Assembly (NCBI GenBank): GCA_038087875.1
Contig: CM075993.1
Span: forward strand, 4,466,001 to 4,530,000
From: Malacoraja senta
Taxonomy: Eukaryota
Direction of reading: 5' to 3'
Length of the DNA stretch: 64,000 nucleotides
In this document: positions 13,915 to 26,726 of the stretch, one piece after another
Numbering within the stretch: position 1 is the first letter of the stretch
Layout of the letters: each line of letters starts with the position of its first letter
The notes under the pieces: model-generated
Told to the model about the DNA's origin: nothing
The model's input: the letters and a program-made list of their open reading frames with translations, nothing else
Database searches by the model: none
Translations under genes and position numbers: made by a program

Positions 13915-14209
13915 TAGTTTAGTTTAGAGATACAGCGCGGATACAGGCCCTTCGGCCCACCGAGTCCGCACCGACCAGCGATCCCTGTACACTAGCATTA
14001 TCCTACACATGAGGGACAATTTACGATCTTTTAACCGACAAACCTGTACGTCATTGGAGTGTGGGAGAAAACCGGAGCACCCGGGGGAAACTCTCGGGGT
14101 CACGAGGAGAACGTACAAACTCAGTACAGACAGCACCTATAGTCAGGATCGAACCTGGGTCTCTGGCGCTGTAAGGCAGCAACTCTACCATTGCGCCACC
14201 GTGCTGCCC
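13915..14209 (-). mobile_element. HE1-like tRNA-derived V-SINE, full length
   Basis: A/B boxes (GTGGCGCAATGG, GGTTCGATCC), V-domain GTACGTTCTCC..CTCCGGTTTCTCCCAC, tail GGGCCGAAGGGCCTGT shared with local CR1/HER1-like LINE ends, (CTAAA)n. Confidence 0.85.
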
Positions 14210-14321
14210 TTGAGTTCTTGACCAATCTCTCTCCCTCCCTCACCAAATAGTCCGGAAGGTTGGAAGGGAGTACATCAGTCAGTCTAGCTGCATCGCTACT
14301 CTCAGGGAACTGTACCCCAAA

Positions 14322-14547
14322 AGGGCCTGTCCCACTTGGCCGTCATTTGCACGTAAATTACGCTACATCATTTACGCGTCACAACGCACAACGCGCGCGA
14401 CGTGACACCCACGTGATGCGCGCATGGTGCACGATGACATAGGCAGTGACGCGCGGCCGTGCGCGGCGTCGCAGTATTTTGTGATGTACAAAATCTTCGC
14501 GCGCCATCTGCGTGACATGCAAATAACTGCCAAGTGGGACAGGCCCT
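14322..14547. mobile_element. PIF/Harbinger-type MITE, subfamily B (CpG-rich palindromic interior)
   Basis: AGGGCCTGTCCCACTTGGC...GCCAAGTGGGACAGGCCCT|TTA. Confidence 0.8.
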
Positions 14548-14847
14548 TTAATCTCTCTACTCTGCAACCCACTTCAGGGTTCAGCCATTTACTGTGTAAA
14601 TCCTGCCCTGATTTGACTTGCCAAAATGAAACACAGCGCATATTTCCGAATTAAACTGAGTCTGCCATTCACTGGCCCAGCTATCCAGATCCTTTTCTAA
14701 ACTTTGATAGCTTTTGATAAATTTGAAAACTTTATTGCACACTATACCATCAATGTTGGTGTCACCTGCACATTGACTACATTGTCATTCAAATTGTTAC
14801 TATAGATGACAAACAAAGTGGATCCAGCACAGATGACTGCAGTGCAC

Positions 14848-15242
14848 TTCTCCGCGGATTGTCACCTTGTCGTGGTGGAGAATCTTGTGTGGGCCTGAGA
14901 TCCTGAGAGCGATGCCGTCTGGAGCTATGCTCCTGGTAGGGCCACCCACGGCGGTAAGGTCGAGGGGGAGGTCTCTGACAAAGAGCAATCCAACCAAGAC
15001 CTCAACGGTGGAACAGGCGGAGGACGATGGCTGACTTTAGTGGAGCGTCACAACGGCTGGAAAGGCGGATGAAGGCTGCAGCAGAAAAGGGTCTCCGGTC
15101 GTCTTGGACTCCATGCCACTGGATCCTGACCCAGATCTGTCAAGGACCGTGTGGGTGGCTGTCTGTGCACCAGTCTCCCCACTGTCATGCACAGGCGTCC
15201 TCCGTGAGAGGACAGTCATACTCGTTTCGAGTGACCGCCGAT
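14848..15242 (+). mobile_element. Short RTE-clade-derived non-autonomous retroelement
   Basis: 5' blocks ccttgtcgtggtg / atgccgt / agggccaccca / tctgacaaa resemble BovB/Rex3-type RTE leaders (from memory). 16-bp TSD gatgactgcag(t/a)gcac inside an older CR1 fragment. Confidence 0.6.
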
Positions 15243-17239
15243 GATGACTGCAGAGCACCACTGGTCACGGGTCTTCAGTCAGAAAACCAACCCTCCACCA
15301 TCACCCTCCGGCTCCTTCCACCAAGCCAATTTGAGTCCAGTTGAGGTGGCATCACTGTCATCTCAATGTCGGAAGGGAGGTGTGAAGGGAGGAGCAGGGG
15401 GGGAATTTAAGAGCTCAAGACCTGGACAGCTGAACCCATGGTCAGAAATGATGCAAGTGGCTGCAGTTAGGTGTGATCGAGAGGTCAGAATAGGAAGAGC
15501 ACTTGGATGTATCGGAGCTTTGTGGAGATTGCAGAAGTAGGGAGCTTCACAGCAACATGGAGAGGGGATGTTAAAATCGAGGCTAACATTTTGAATTCAC
15601 TTGATTGTGATCACCCATCATTTATTGCGGGGAATTTACTAAAACAATGCCGCCGTCAGTCGCGCTTCAGAAGGTTAGTAAATAATTCACGAGCAAAGAA
15701 AAGCCAGTTGACAAAAAAAACAACTCGAGCTACATCAATCACACTAAACAAAGCCCCCTTATTCCAAGATCTCTTCAGCCAGGCACCCAGCAACAGTTCT
15801 AGCTCCCATTGCATTTATCATTGTTCCCTTGCTGCTAATTGCTCATCACAGGCATTCGGCCAAAGATAGAGATACAAGTCAGCTATGCATGTAAAACGTT
15901 TGTTCGAAAGTAAAGGAAAGGCAGGCAGCCTGCAAAGTAAACCCAGGCACTTGTGTTGAATATCAGTTACTGCCTCTGACGAAAGGTCCTGTGGTTGTCA
16001 CAGAACAGGAGAATCCCAGCTGAACTCACCAGCGATGAATACAGTCCCTCAATTATTCAACAGGTCTGCATTTCCATTAACTGGAAATAATGCCGTCCTA
16101 CAAAATTTATTCGGGAAATTGTCTACATGCTGTTTCTACCTCGCATCACTTTGTCTCTGGATTATTAAAAGCCACATGTTTACTGCCCAGCCAGCAGGCA
16201 TTTGAGTTGGATAAAGCTGTTAAACTTCGGCAAGGATTCTTCCAACTTGCCTTTTGGGGATGCTACTGCCCTGTGGCATCTTCCACACGCATACATGGTC
16301 TTGTACACAGCAAGCAGGAGCAACATCCCCAAGGGTAGCTGTACACATTACCTTGATGCTTCAAACAGCAAGGCAGGTTATTTCCCAGGTCAGTTTCCTT
16401 TCCATGACCGGCTGAGTACTTTTTGGCATTTTGCTGCTTGTATTCTGCAGTGAACTCTATATGTAGGAAGGAACTGCAGATGCTGGTTTACACCGAAGAT
16501 AGACACAAAATGCTGGAGTAACTCAGTGGGTCAGGCAGCATCGCTGGACAGCATGGACTTCCCGACCCGAAACGTCACCTATCCATGTTCTCCAGAGCTT
16601 GACCCACTGAGTTACGCCAGCACTGTGTCCCCTTTTGTGTAAACCAGCATCTGCAGTTCCTAGTTTCTGCACAATAGCCACAGAATGCCTTGAGGGGAGC
16701 GATGCACTCAGTGCGGTGAATGAGGTGCTGGTTTAATGGGCAGGATGGCCTCGAGTGTTGTTGAAGTTGTACTCATCCAGTTGGGTGGATGTAAAGGGTG
16801 GACAGGGCTAATTAGGAGACAATAGCAGAGACTTAGATCAATGAGGGTGAAAGATACAAGGACAGTCAACAACACAGTCCAACCCTGAGGCCTCAGAAGG
16901 ATGGGGATAATTGATTTGCAACTTCACATGTGTAGAGTATAGAGACTCAGTAGGGCATGGCTCAGTGTCCACAATAAGTGAGCAAGGTGCCAAATCACAT
17001 CTTCCTTCAAACCTGGGCTAAGGCAGCAAGAGCAAAACCAATGCCAATGAAGCCACTTTGAATTAGACAGCAGGGCTGATAATGTAGAAACAAGGAACTG
17101 CAGGTGCTTGTTTACATTTTAAAAAGGACACAAGGTACTGGGGTAACTCAGCGGCTCAGGCAATGCATCTCTGGAGAACATGAATGTTTCGGATCGGGAC
17201 ACTTCTTCAGACTGAGGAAGGGTTCCAACCCGAAATGGA

Positions 17240-18107
17240 GGGGGCGCTGCTCTGGGCAGCGGCCATGTCAGCAGCGGGTCCGTTTTTTCAACTTTTTTTA
17301 ATTTTTTAGTATGTTTTAAAGTATGTATTTTGTGTATCTTTGTGTGTCTTGTGTGGGGTGTGGTGTGGGGGGGTAAGGGGGAAACCGCTTCGGTCGCCTC
17401 CTCCATGGAGAGGCGACTTTTTCCAGGTCGCCTCCCCCGTGGCCTAACATCAAGGATCGGCGCGGCCTTTCCCGGAGACGTGCCCGGGCTTCAGCGGCGG
17501 GCGCAGCGTGGACTCTCGGCGTGGAGCGGGTGAACCCTCGCTGGGGCTCGCTGGAGGGGAGCGCTCCGTTTCGCTGGCCCGGGGCAGCCGGCAGCCTGAA
17601 GTCACAGCCTGAAGTCGCGGTCTGCAGAACTCCAGCTGGTGCGGCGTCTACAGCCCGGGATCCCCCGTGGGGGACCCGGGGGAAGAAGAAGCCATCACTG
17701 CCGGCCCGCGGCCAACTTCTACCGCGGGGCCGGCATGGACTTACCATCACCCCTGGAGGGGAGCTTCGACCGCTGGCCCTGCAGTCTACGGTGCTTCTGG
17801 CTGCAGCGGAGACTTTAAATCTCGACAGCCGGCCTTCGGCCTACAACAACTTAAAGCCGCGGTCCCCGGTGAGGAAGAGCCGATCCTGGACTGATTCTGG
17901 ACTCTGGTCCTGTTCACGGAGGGGAAATGGAGGAGGATTGGCCAAATTTTTGTGCCTTCCACCACAGTGTTGAATGCTGTGGTGGATGTTTGTGTTACAT
18001 TTTTTATTGTGGTTGTGTGTTCTTATTATTGTATCGCTGCTGACAACCCAAAATTCCACCAGCTTGGCTGTGTGGTCATTAAAATACTATACTATACTAT
18101 ACTATAC
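17240..18107 (+). mobile_element. GC/CpG-rich non-coding retroposon with an (ATACT)n tail
   Basis: Sharp GC-rich insertion splitting a PLE terminal unit, with a tandem 3' tail. Shares blocks with 11214-11800. Confidence 0.6.
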
Positions 18108-18180
18108 CTATCCTGTTCTCCAGAGATGCTGTCTGACCTGCTGAGTTACTCCAGCACTGTGTCTTCAGCAATGCTGATAA

Positions 18181-18530
18181 AGGGCGGCACAGTGGCATAG
18201 CTACTCGATCACAGACCTTTCTTTTGTTCCTTTCCTGACGCTCCAAATCTATTCATATAAATTACAGCGCCAAAGACCCGGTTCGATCCTGACTGTGGGT
18301 GCTGTCTATACGGAGTTTGTACGTTCTCTCTGTGACCCTGTGGGTTTTCTCCGGTTTCCTCCCAAATGCCCACACTCCAAAGACGTACAGTTTTGCAGGC
18401 TAATTGGCTTGGTAAAATAGTAAATTGTCCCTAGTTTGTGTAGGATAGTGTTAGTGTAGGGGGAATCGCTGGTCGACCTGAACTTGGTGTTCCGAAGGGC
18501 CTGTTTCCGTGCTGTATCTCTAAACTAAAC
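18181..18530 (+). mobile_element. HE1-like V-SINE with a 54-bp foreign insertion in its tRNA head
   Basis: SINE sequence is interrupted at 18208-18261. Confidence 0.8.
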
Positions 18531-18977
18531 GATCAGGACTGAAACCTCAGCTGATTTTACCTCTAGGCCAAATATACCAAGGCACAACTACTGCTTTCTC
18601 ACCTTCAAGAACAAATTCATAGCAAACCTGGGCCACTTCCACTCTGTAGCAATGAACCACTCACCGTCTTAAGCAGTTGAACTACAGAGTACTTTATCTC
18701 CCACTGTGATTCAGTTAGCAGAATGCCATCAATTTTCCTACGCCTCTTACTTCCTGATTTATTTAATATTAAGCAACCTCGTTCATTAAGTCTGTTATGC
18801 AAAATGTAGTAAGAACGATTTTAATTATCTATGCCAGAGCTAAAATGTTACTGCTTCAACACAAAGCAAAATAGATCATTTTATCTTCTCATTAATTAAC
18901 ACCAAAAGCTGCAAAACATCCCGCAATAATTACTACAGCAATCTGCACTATCACTATATAAAACTCAGGAAGATTAA

Positions 18978-19567
18978 AGGGCCTATCCCACTTAGGGGAT
19001 TTTTTAGGCGACTGCTGGCGACTACGACAATGGAATTCACCGAAGTCGGCACCGGCCACAACCTGCGCCATCTTGGTGACAACCTACGACTGCACCAACG
19101 TCAGGAGAAGACTCCCGGTGGCTCAGCACTTCAACTCCCCCTCCCATTCCGTATCTGACCTCTCTGTCCTGGGTCTCCTCCATGGCCACAGCGAGCAACA
19201 CCGTAAATTGGAGGAAATGCACCTCATATTCCGCTTGGGCAGTCTACATCCTGGGGGCTTGAACATTGAATTCTCCCAATTCTGCTAGCCCTTGCTGTCC
19301 ACTCTCCTTCATCAGCCCTCTGGTTGTCTCCTCGCATCCCCCAGCCCTCGGGCTCCTCCTCCGCCTTTTTCCTTTTTTCCTTTCTTCTCCCCACCCCCTA
19401 TCAGTCTGTAGAAGGGTTTTGGCCCGAAACGTTGCCTATTTCCTTCGCTCCATAGATGCTGCAGCACCCGCTGAGTTTCTCCAGCATTTTTGTGTATCTC
19501 AGGAGAAGACAAGCTACGACCAATCCCCGGCAGTCGCCTAAAAAATCGCCTAAGTGGGACAGGCCCT
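18978..19567. mobile_element. PIF/Harbinger-type MITE, subfamily C, hosting a nested PLE
   Basis: TAA|AGGGCCTATCCCACTTAGG...CCTAAGTGGGACAGGCCCT|TAA. Confidence 0.82.
19113..19498 (+). mobile_element. 5'-truncated Penelope-like element: GIY-YIG endonuclease C-terminus plus 3' pLTR with hammerhead-like core
   Basis: PVAQHFNSPSHSVSDLSVLGLLH...RKLEEMHLIFRLGSLHPGGLNIEFSQF* is typical of PLE endonuclease ends. Hammerhead-like motif at 19406. 12-bp TSD tcaggagaagac at 19101-19112 and 19499-19510. Confidence 0.85.
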
Positions 19568-20916
19568 TAAAGCTCCTAAATACACTTTCAACAGATTAAT
19601 ACCTGGAATACTAGAACCACAGTGATACACTGTACACTTTCTACTTCACACCCTTTTTACCTTTATGCGACTTTCCAAAGAGAAAGGTTTATTCTGATCC
19701 TCAATAAAAGCAAGTTTAAAAGAAAAAGGAGGAAAGTGTGAAATGCACAGAACAATTTAAAAGACAGTGTCCAAGATCAACGCATAAAAAGCACTGCAAT
19801 CAGGTCTGCAATCAATTGCGTATGTAAGTCATGTGAAGAGAAATATATGTCACGAAAGTTCAAAGATGTCATTAAAGGATTGACTAATTGCACTGGTTTG
19901 AGTTCAGCAAGTTCAGCGAGTTATGCACATTTTATTTAAATATAGAAGCCGCCAAAGAAAATTTGCCCAAATTTGCATCCAGGTTATGAACTCAATGTAG
20001 ACTCTGGAAAAGTTAAGAGGGCAAACTACATCAGATTGGTTTCGAAGGGAAATGAAAAGGTCAGCACAGACATTAGAAGATGTGACCCAAGAGGGGCAAA
20101 GTGATAACCAACATGACCATTTTTAATCAGGTTGTAACTGCTCATTAGTTTCTTCACTTGCTACACTCAATTTTTCCTTGTACCGTCATTTGACATTTTG
20201 TCATTTGATTTCCCGTTTCACTCTATCACAGACCTTTCTTTTGTTCCTTTCCTGACACTCCAAATCTATTCATATAAACTATGCAGATTTTCCAACAATT
20301 TTCAGCGCGGATAAAGTTACTGACCTGAAGCACCATCTCTGGATCTCCCCACAAAAAACATTGCCTGGCCTGCCGAATATTTCCAGCATGTTGTTTTGAT
20401 AGCAATGTATATTATTATATCTCTCCATTTCCTCGTGGATCAAGATTCTCCTCTTTATATGTGTTGTTTCCACATCTTAATGAACAGAAGAAGGATCCCA
20501 ACCCGAAATATCCTCTGTCCATTCCCTCCACAGATGCTGCCTGTCCCACTGAGTTCTTCCAACACTTTTCTTTTGCTTAAGATTCCAGCATCTGTAGTTT
20601 CGTGTACCCACACTGATTTACACCCCGAATTAACAAAGTACATCTTTTAATGTCAAGGCTACACTCCGTAAAATAATAAAATATTCAACCTTCTAGCTCG
20701 ACTGATCCACCTCCAATCCACATTCTTAGATTCTCCAGAGCTCTCCATTCTCAACATTTTTCAGTTGATTTAAGTCCAGATTCCTCTCATCAGTTTATTC
20801 TCAGCTCTCCCGGGGAAACAAAAATACGCGCGCCGCTAATGTGTAATAAAAAAAGAGAATCTGCCTCATTCTCTCATGGCGAGAGAATGTTACCTTCATT
20901 ATCACTCAACACTTTA

Positions 20917-21174
<258 letters not shown>

Positions 21175-21359
21175 CTAATGAAGACACCATAGTTACCAAC
21201 TCCAAAACTCCATGGGCTTGTTCACTTTTACGCTGCGTAAGGTTACAGCTAACAATCGCCTGTTTCCTTTATCATCGTTACATTTTTGCATATCTTTCAT
21301 TCATTTGTTCTATATCTCTCTACATCTCCGTCTAAATCTCTCGTTTCCCTTTCCCCAGT

Positions 21360-21387
21360 CTGAAGAAGGGTCTCGACCCGAAACGTC
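21360..21387 (+). ncRNA. Candidate minimal type-I hammerhead ribozyme core in a PLE terminal repeat
   Basis: CTGAAGA-A-GGGT(CTCG)ACCC-GAAA-CG-TC: conserved core boxes, 4-bp stem II, palindromic ACGT stem III, GUC triplet. Stem I is weak. Confidence 0.6.
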
Positions 21388-22539
21388 ACCCATTCCTTCT
21401 CTTCAGCGATACTGCCTGTCCCGCTGAGTTACTCCAGTATTTTAGAGCAGCATCTGCAGTTCCTTCCTACATGTTACGTTTCCTCTCTTGGGAGCGAAGC
21501 ACTCACCGTGGCTGGGCTCGGATCCACTTAGCTACAGATGGATGCATTTCTGGGAAGTCACTCACAGTACATCTGCAGTTGGCATCGTTGGAACCAGGGT
21601 CCCTGCTCAATTCCTCACCCCACAGGTCTCCCTCCCACCTCTCTCGCCAAGACCAACTAACTGGTGACAGTTTAGCTGAATAAATGGGGTCATCCTTCTG
21701 CAAGGACAACATTTTATACCTCTACATTTCAATACACATGTCAGGTGAGGAAGTAAGTTCATGAGAAACTCGCCATTTATTCTTCAGCTTATGTTTCTAT
21801 AAAGAACACACACAGTGTTTTAAATAATTAAAATGCAAAACATAGCGAACAGAAATATCAACCCACAGAGAAAGCCTTGCTTAGATTTAAGCATGTTATA
21901 GAGGAAGATATGAATTATAGATGGTGGGGACAAAAGCATTTCCAGCTTCCTTTGAAACTTCTCAGGTGCACGATAGATAGGGTGGATGGACAGTACCAGA
22001 GCAGGAGAATTAAGAACCTGAAATCATAGGTTTACAGTGAGAGGGGAAAGATTTAATAGGAACCTGAGGGGCAACCTTTTCACACAGAGGGTGGTGAGTA
22101 TATGTAACTAGTTGACAGAGGAGGTAGTTGAGGAATATACCATAAAAGCATTTAAAAGAGATTTGGACAGAGGCGTGGATAGTAAAGGTTTAGAGAGGTA
22201 TGGGCCAAATACAGGTAGGTGGGAGTAGCATAGATGGGCATCTTGGCCGGCATGGGCAAGTTGGGTTGAAGGGCCTGTTTCGCACTGTATAATTCCATCC
22301 CAAAGATGTGACGGTTTGCTGGTTTCCATGTTCTCCATGTTCTCTAGCATCTCTGGAGAGATGGAATAGGTGACGTTTCAGGTTGCGACCCGAAATTTCA
22401 CCCATTCCTTCTCTCCAGAGATGCTGCCTGACCCACTGAGTTACTCCAGCATTTTGTGTCTTGCTTGGGTAAACCAGCATCTGCAGTTTCTCGCTAATAC
22501 AAATCGAGTAAGGCTGGATTAAACAAAGCCGTATCCAAA

Positions 22540-23002
22540 TTACAAGGATGTTGCCAGGACTAGAGGGTCTGACCTATAGGGAGAGGTTGTGTAGACTGGA
22601 TCTATATTCCTTGGAGCTCAGGAGGATGAGGGCTGATCTTATTGAGGTGTATAAAATCATGAGTAATAGATCGGGTAGATGCACAGAATCGCTTGCCCAC
22701 AGCAGGGGAATCGAGGGCCAGAGGACATCGATTCAAGATGAAGGGGAAAAGATTTAATAGGAATCTGAGGGGTAACTTTTTCACACAAAGGGTGGTTGTA
22801 TGGAACATGCTGCCAGAGGAGGTACTTGAGGCTGGGACTATCCCAATGTTTAAGAAACAATTAGACAGTACATGAATAGGACAAGTTTGGAGGGATATGG
22901 ATCAAGCGCAGGCAGGTGGGACCAGTGTAGCTGGGACATGTTGGCCGGAATGGGCAAGTTGGGCCGAAGGGCCTGTTTCCACACTGTATCACTCTATGAC
23001 TA
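22540..23002 (+). mobile_element. Second CR1-like subfamily, 3' fragment (tail donor for the HE1-like SINE)
   Basis: MLPGLEGLTYRERL..YSLE.RRMRADLIEVYKIM and RNLRGNFFTQRVV, tail gggccgaagggcctgtttcc. Relatives at about 1-340, 21975-22295, 50705-51465, 60327-60510. Confidence 0.85.
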
Positions 23003-24875
23003 AATGCTTTATCCAATTATATATTCAATCTAAACCCAAACCTATCTCCATAAAAAAATATAGATTATGTCATTTCATTACATTTTTAATTTTACTATTC
23101 AGCAAAATACACAAATTCTATTTTAAAAACAGTAACATCTTCATAATGGGTTAATACTTTTTTTTTTTTAAGTACATTTCCAACCAAGAACATTAATGGA
23201 TTTAAGTAAAAAGCATTTTTTCCACTTTGGAAGATTCTGTGTATTGGTTTTATTGTTCGTTGTTATGTTTGAATGCACATGACTACATTTATTTTTAAAC
23301 AGGAATTAGCACTTAAACAGCAAGGCCTTCAGTTGCAGTAGACACAAAATGCTGGAGTAACTCAGCGGGACAGGCAGCATCTCTGGAGAGAAGGAATGGT
23401 GACGTTTTGGGTCGAGACCCTTCTTCAGAATGGTTTGGGATAAGGGAAACGAGAGATAAAGGCGATGATGTAGAGATAAAGAACAATGAATGAAAGATAC
23501 TCGCTAGAATTTAGGAGATTGAGAGGGGATCTTATAGAAACGTACAAAATTCTTATGGGGTTGGACAGGCTAGATGCAGGAAGATTGTTCCCGATGTTGG
23601 GGAAGTCCAGGACAAGGGGTCACAGCTTAAGGATAAGGGGGAAATCCTTTAAGACCGAGACCGAGAAAAAACGTTTTCACACAGAGTGTGGTGAATCTCT
23701 GGAACTCTCTGCCACAGAGGGTAGTTGAGGCCAGTTCATTGGCTATATTTAAGAGGGAGTTAGATGTGACCCTTGTGGCTAAAGGGATCAGGGGGTATGG
23801 AGAGAAGGCAGGTACGGGATACTGAGTTGGATGATCAGCCATGATCATATTGAATGGCGGTGCAGGCTCGAAGGGCCGAATGGCCTACTCCTGCACCTAT
23901 TTTCTATGTATCTATGTTTATGCAAAAAAGTAACAATGATAAAGGAAACAGTCTGAAGAAGGGTTTCGGCCCGAAACGTTGCCTATTTCCTTCGCTCCAT
24001 AGATGCTGCCTCACCTGCTGAGTTACTCCAGCATTTTGTATCTACCTTCATTTTAAACCAGCATCTGCAGTTCTTTCCTACCCATCCAAATTCAAAGTTC
24101 TCTTTCAAGCTAAAATGAATTTTAAGCAGAAATAGTCATCAAAGACAAAGGATGAGCTGCAGCACAGATTACAGTGCCAGTCACGTTCTCAGTTCAGTCG
24201 TTTAATAAAATACTAGAATTTTTGGCGGATTTGTTTAGTTTAGAGATACAGCGCGGAAACAGGGCCTTCGACTCCACGCCGACCAGCGATCCCCGCACAT
24301 TAACACCATCCTACTCACTAGGGGCAATACCAAGCCAATTAATCCACATAACTACGTCTCTGGAGCATGGGAGGAAACCGGAGCACCCGGAGAAATCCCA
24401 CGCAGGTCACGGGAGGAGGGAAACATACAAACTCTGTACAGACAGCACCCGTAGTCAAGATCAAACCTGGGTTTCTGGTGCCATAAGGCTAACTGGAGGT
24501 TGACTGGAAGATCGGGAATCTATCCTGATCTTATGAGCGGTCCATTCAAGAGTCTGATAACAGCGGGGAAGAAGCCGTTCTTGAATCTGGTGGCGTGCGC
24601 TTTCAAGCTACCACTGCGCCACCATACTGCCCTTGATTAATTTTAAAACATCAAGAATTATAAAGTCCATAAATGCAAAATTAAAATAAATGTTCGAAAA
24701 CCTTTGTGCAAACGAAGGACAAGAATTAATAAAGAGTTGGTCACAAATGTTTTTAGAAAAACCAGAACGTAAAATTGCCCTGAGCAACACAGATAAACAA
24801 GGCAACGGGTTGATGCAGAATTTGTTGCATTTAAGCAGATGAATAAAGAAAAAAATACAATAAATAATTTGTTTA

Positions 24876-25023
24876 AGAAGGAACTGCAGATGCTGGAAAA
24901 TCGAAGGTAGACAAAAGTGCTGGAGGAACTCAGCGGGTGCAGCAGCATCTATGGAGCGAAGGAAGACTTCGCTCCATAGATGCTGCTGCACCCGCTGAGT
25001 TTCTCCAGCACTTTTGTCTACCG
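24876..25023. mobile_element. Palindromic PLE-terminus-derived element
   Basis: Inverted arms with a 19-bp TSD acaataaataatttgttta at 24857-24875 and 25024-25042. Confidence 0.8.
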
Positions 25024-25299
25024 ACAATAAATAATTTGTTTATACCCAAATATTAAAAAGTAATTTTGCTTCCAAAGTGAACGAGAATCATTCCAACACG
25101 GAAATAAATGAACTCTCAACAGCTTGGCTTCTTTACCCACCATTTCTGCATATCTTTGCTGAGCTTTGATCAGTGGCATGGCAATGCCTGAGAGAATACA
25201 TCAGGCGCGTCAGTGCAAGCGTACTGAATTATTCAGAGTTGAAATGGACTTTCTTTGCACCATTACAATCAGTTGTTTGTTTCTGCTGGAATCTCGTTA

Positions 25300-25440
<141 letters not shown>

Positions 25441-26235
25441 TTAAAAGAGACAATAATATAGTATAATATAGTAGGTCAGCTCATACTCTTTACAATAATT
25501 TACAGTCATTGCCACAACACAGAATAGATTTGAACCACCCCAGGTCAATATCCACCTGCATATCTGGATTGTTTTAGTACAGTTCATTGAGAAATGCAGC
25601 ATGGAAACAGGCCCTTCAGCCCATCGACACAGAGGAACAGTGGTGCAACAGTAGATTTGCTACCTTACATCACCAGAGACTTGGGTTTGACCTGACGACA
25701 GGTGCTGCTTGTACGGAGTTTGTACGTTCTCCCTGTGACTGCGTTGGTTTTCTCCAGCACTCTAAAGACATACAGGATTGTAGGTTCATTGGTTTTGGTA
25801 AAAAGTGCAAAATTGGCTCTAATGTGCAGGATAATGCAAGTATACGGTGGATCGCTGGTCAGCGTGAACTCAGTGGCCCAAAGGACCTGATCCCGAGCTG
25901 TATCTCTAAAGTCTAAAAGCCTACCGAGTCTACATGATCACCAATCAACTGTTCACACTCGGTCTGTTGCCCCACTTTCTCATCCACTTCCTACACACAC
26001 GGAGCAATTCATAGAGACTAATTGACCTTGGGGATGTGGGAGGAAACCAGAGCACCCAGAGGAAACCCACGCGGTTATCAGGGGAATGTACAAACTCAAC
26101 ACAGACAGCGTCCGAATCTCTGGTGCTGTGAGGCAGCAGCTCTACCAGCTGCGCCACTGTGCTACCCTTTAAAGTGTATTCACATTTGTATCTGCAGCAG
26201 CTCAGAATTTCATCGTTTTTGCCAACACTCCTTAA

Positions 26236-26454
26236 AGGGCTTGTCCCACTTTCACGACCTAATTCACGAGCTCTGCCGAGTTTGCCCTTGACTCATACTC
26301 GCAGCATGGTCATCACGAGGAGGTCGTAGCAGGCCGTGATGCTAGTCGTAGGTACTCGTGGCATCAAGTAGGCCGGGGTGTTTTTCTAGCCTGATGAAAA
26401 ATGGCCACGAGTAAAAAAGGTCGTGAATTAGGTCGTGAAAGTGGGACAGGCCCT
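26236..26454. mobile_element. PIF/Harbinger-type MITE, subfamily D
   Basis: TAA|AGGGCTTGTCCCACTTTCACGACCTAATTCACGA...TCGTGAATTAGGTCGTGAAAGTGGGACAGGCCCT|TAA. Confidence 0.82.
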
Positions 26455-26726
26455 TAAGCCCCAAGCCTTTAACCACATTTTTTGTTACCTGACCGAATGT
26501 CTTCTTATGTTACTCAGAGTTTAATATTTTGTCTGTTTAATATCCCTGTGAAGTAATTGTATATATTGTACTGTTAACAGACATACTTTCTAATTGTAAG
26601 TAAGTAAGTTTATTGGCCAAGTATTCACATACAAGGAATTTGCCTTGGTGCTCTGCCCACAAGTAACAACATGACATACAGTGACAGTTACGAATGACTC
26701 AGAAAACTCTAAACATTAATAATAAT

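Noticed and set aside
17316..17973. 144-150 aa ORFs on both strands
   Set aside because: Stop-poor GC-rich repeat interior with no recognisable domain or splice context.
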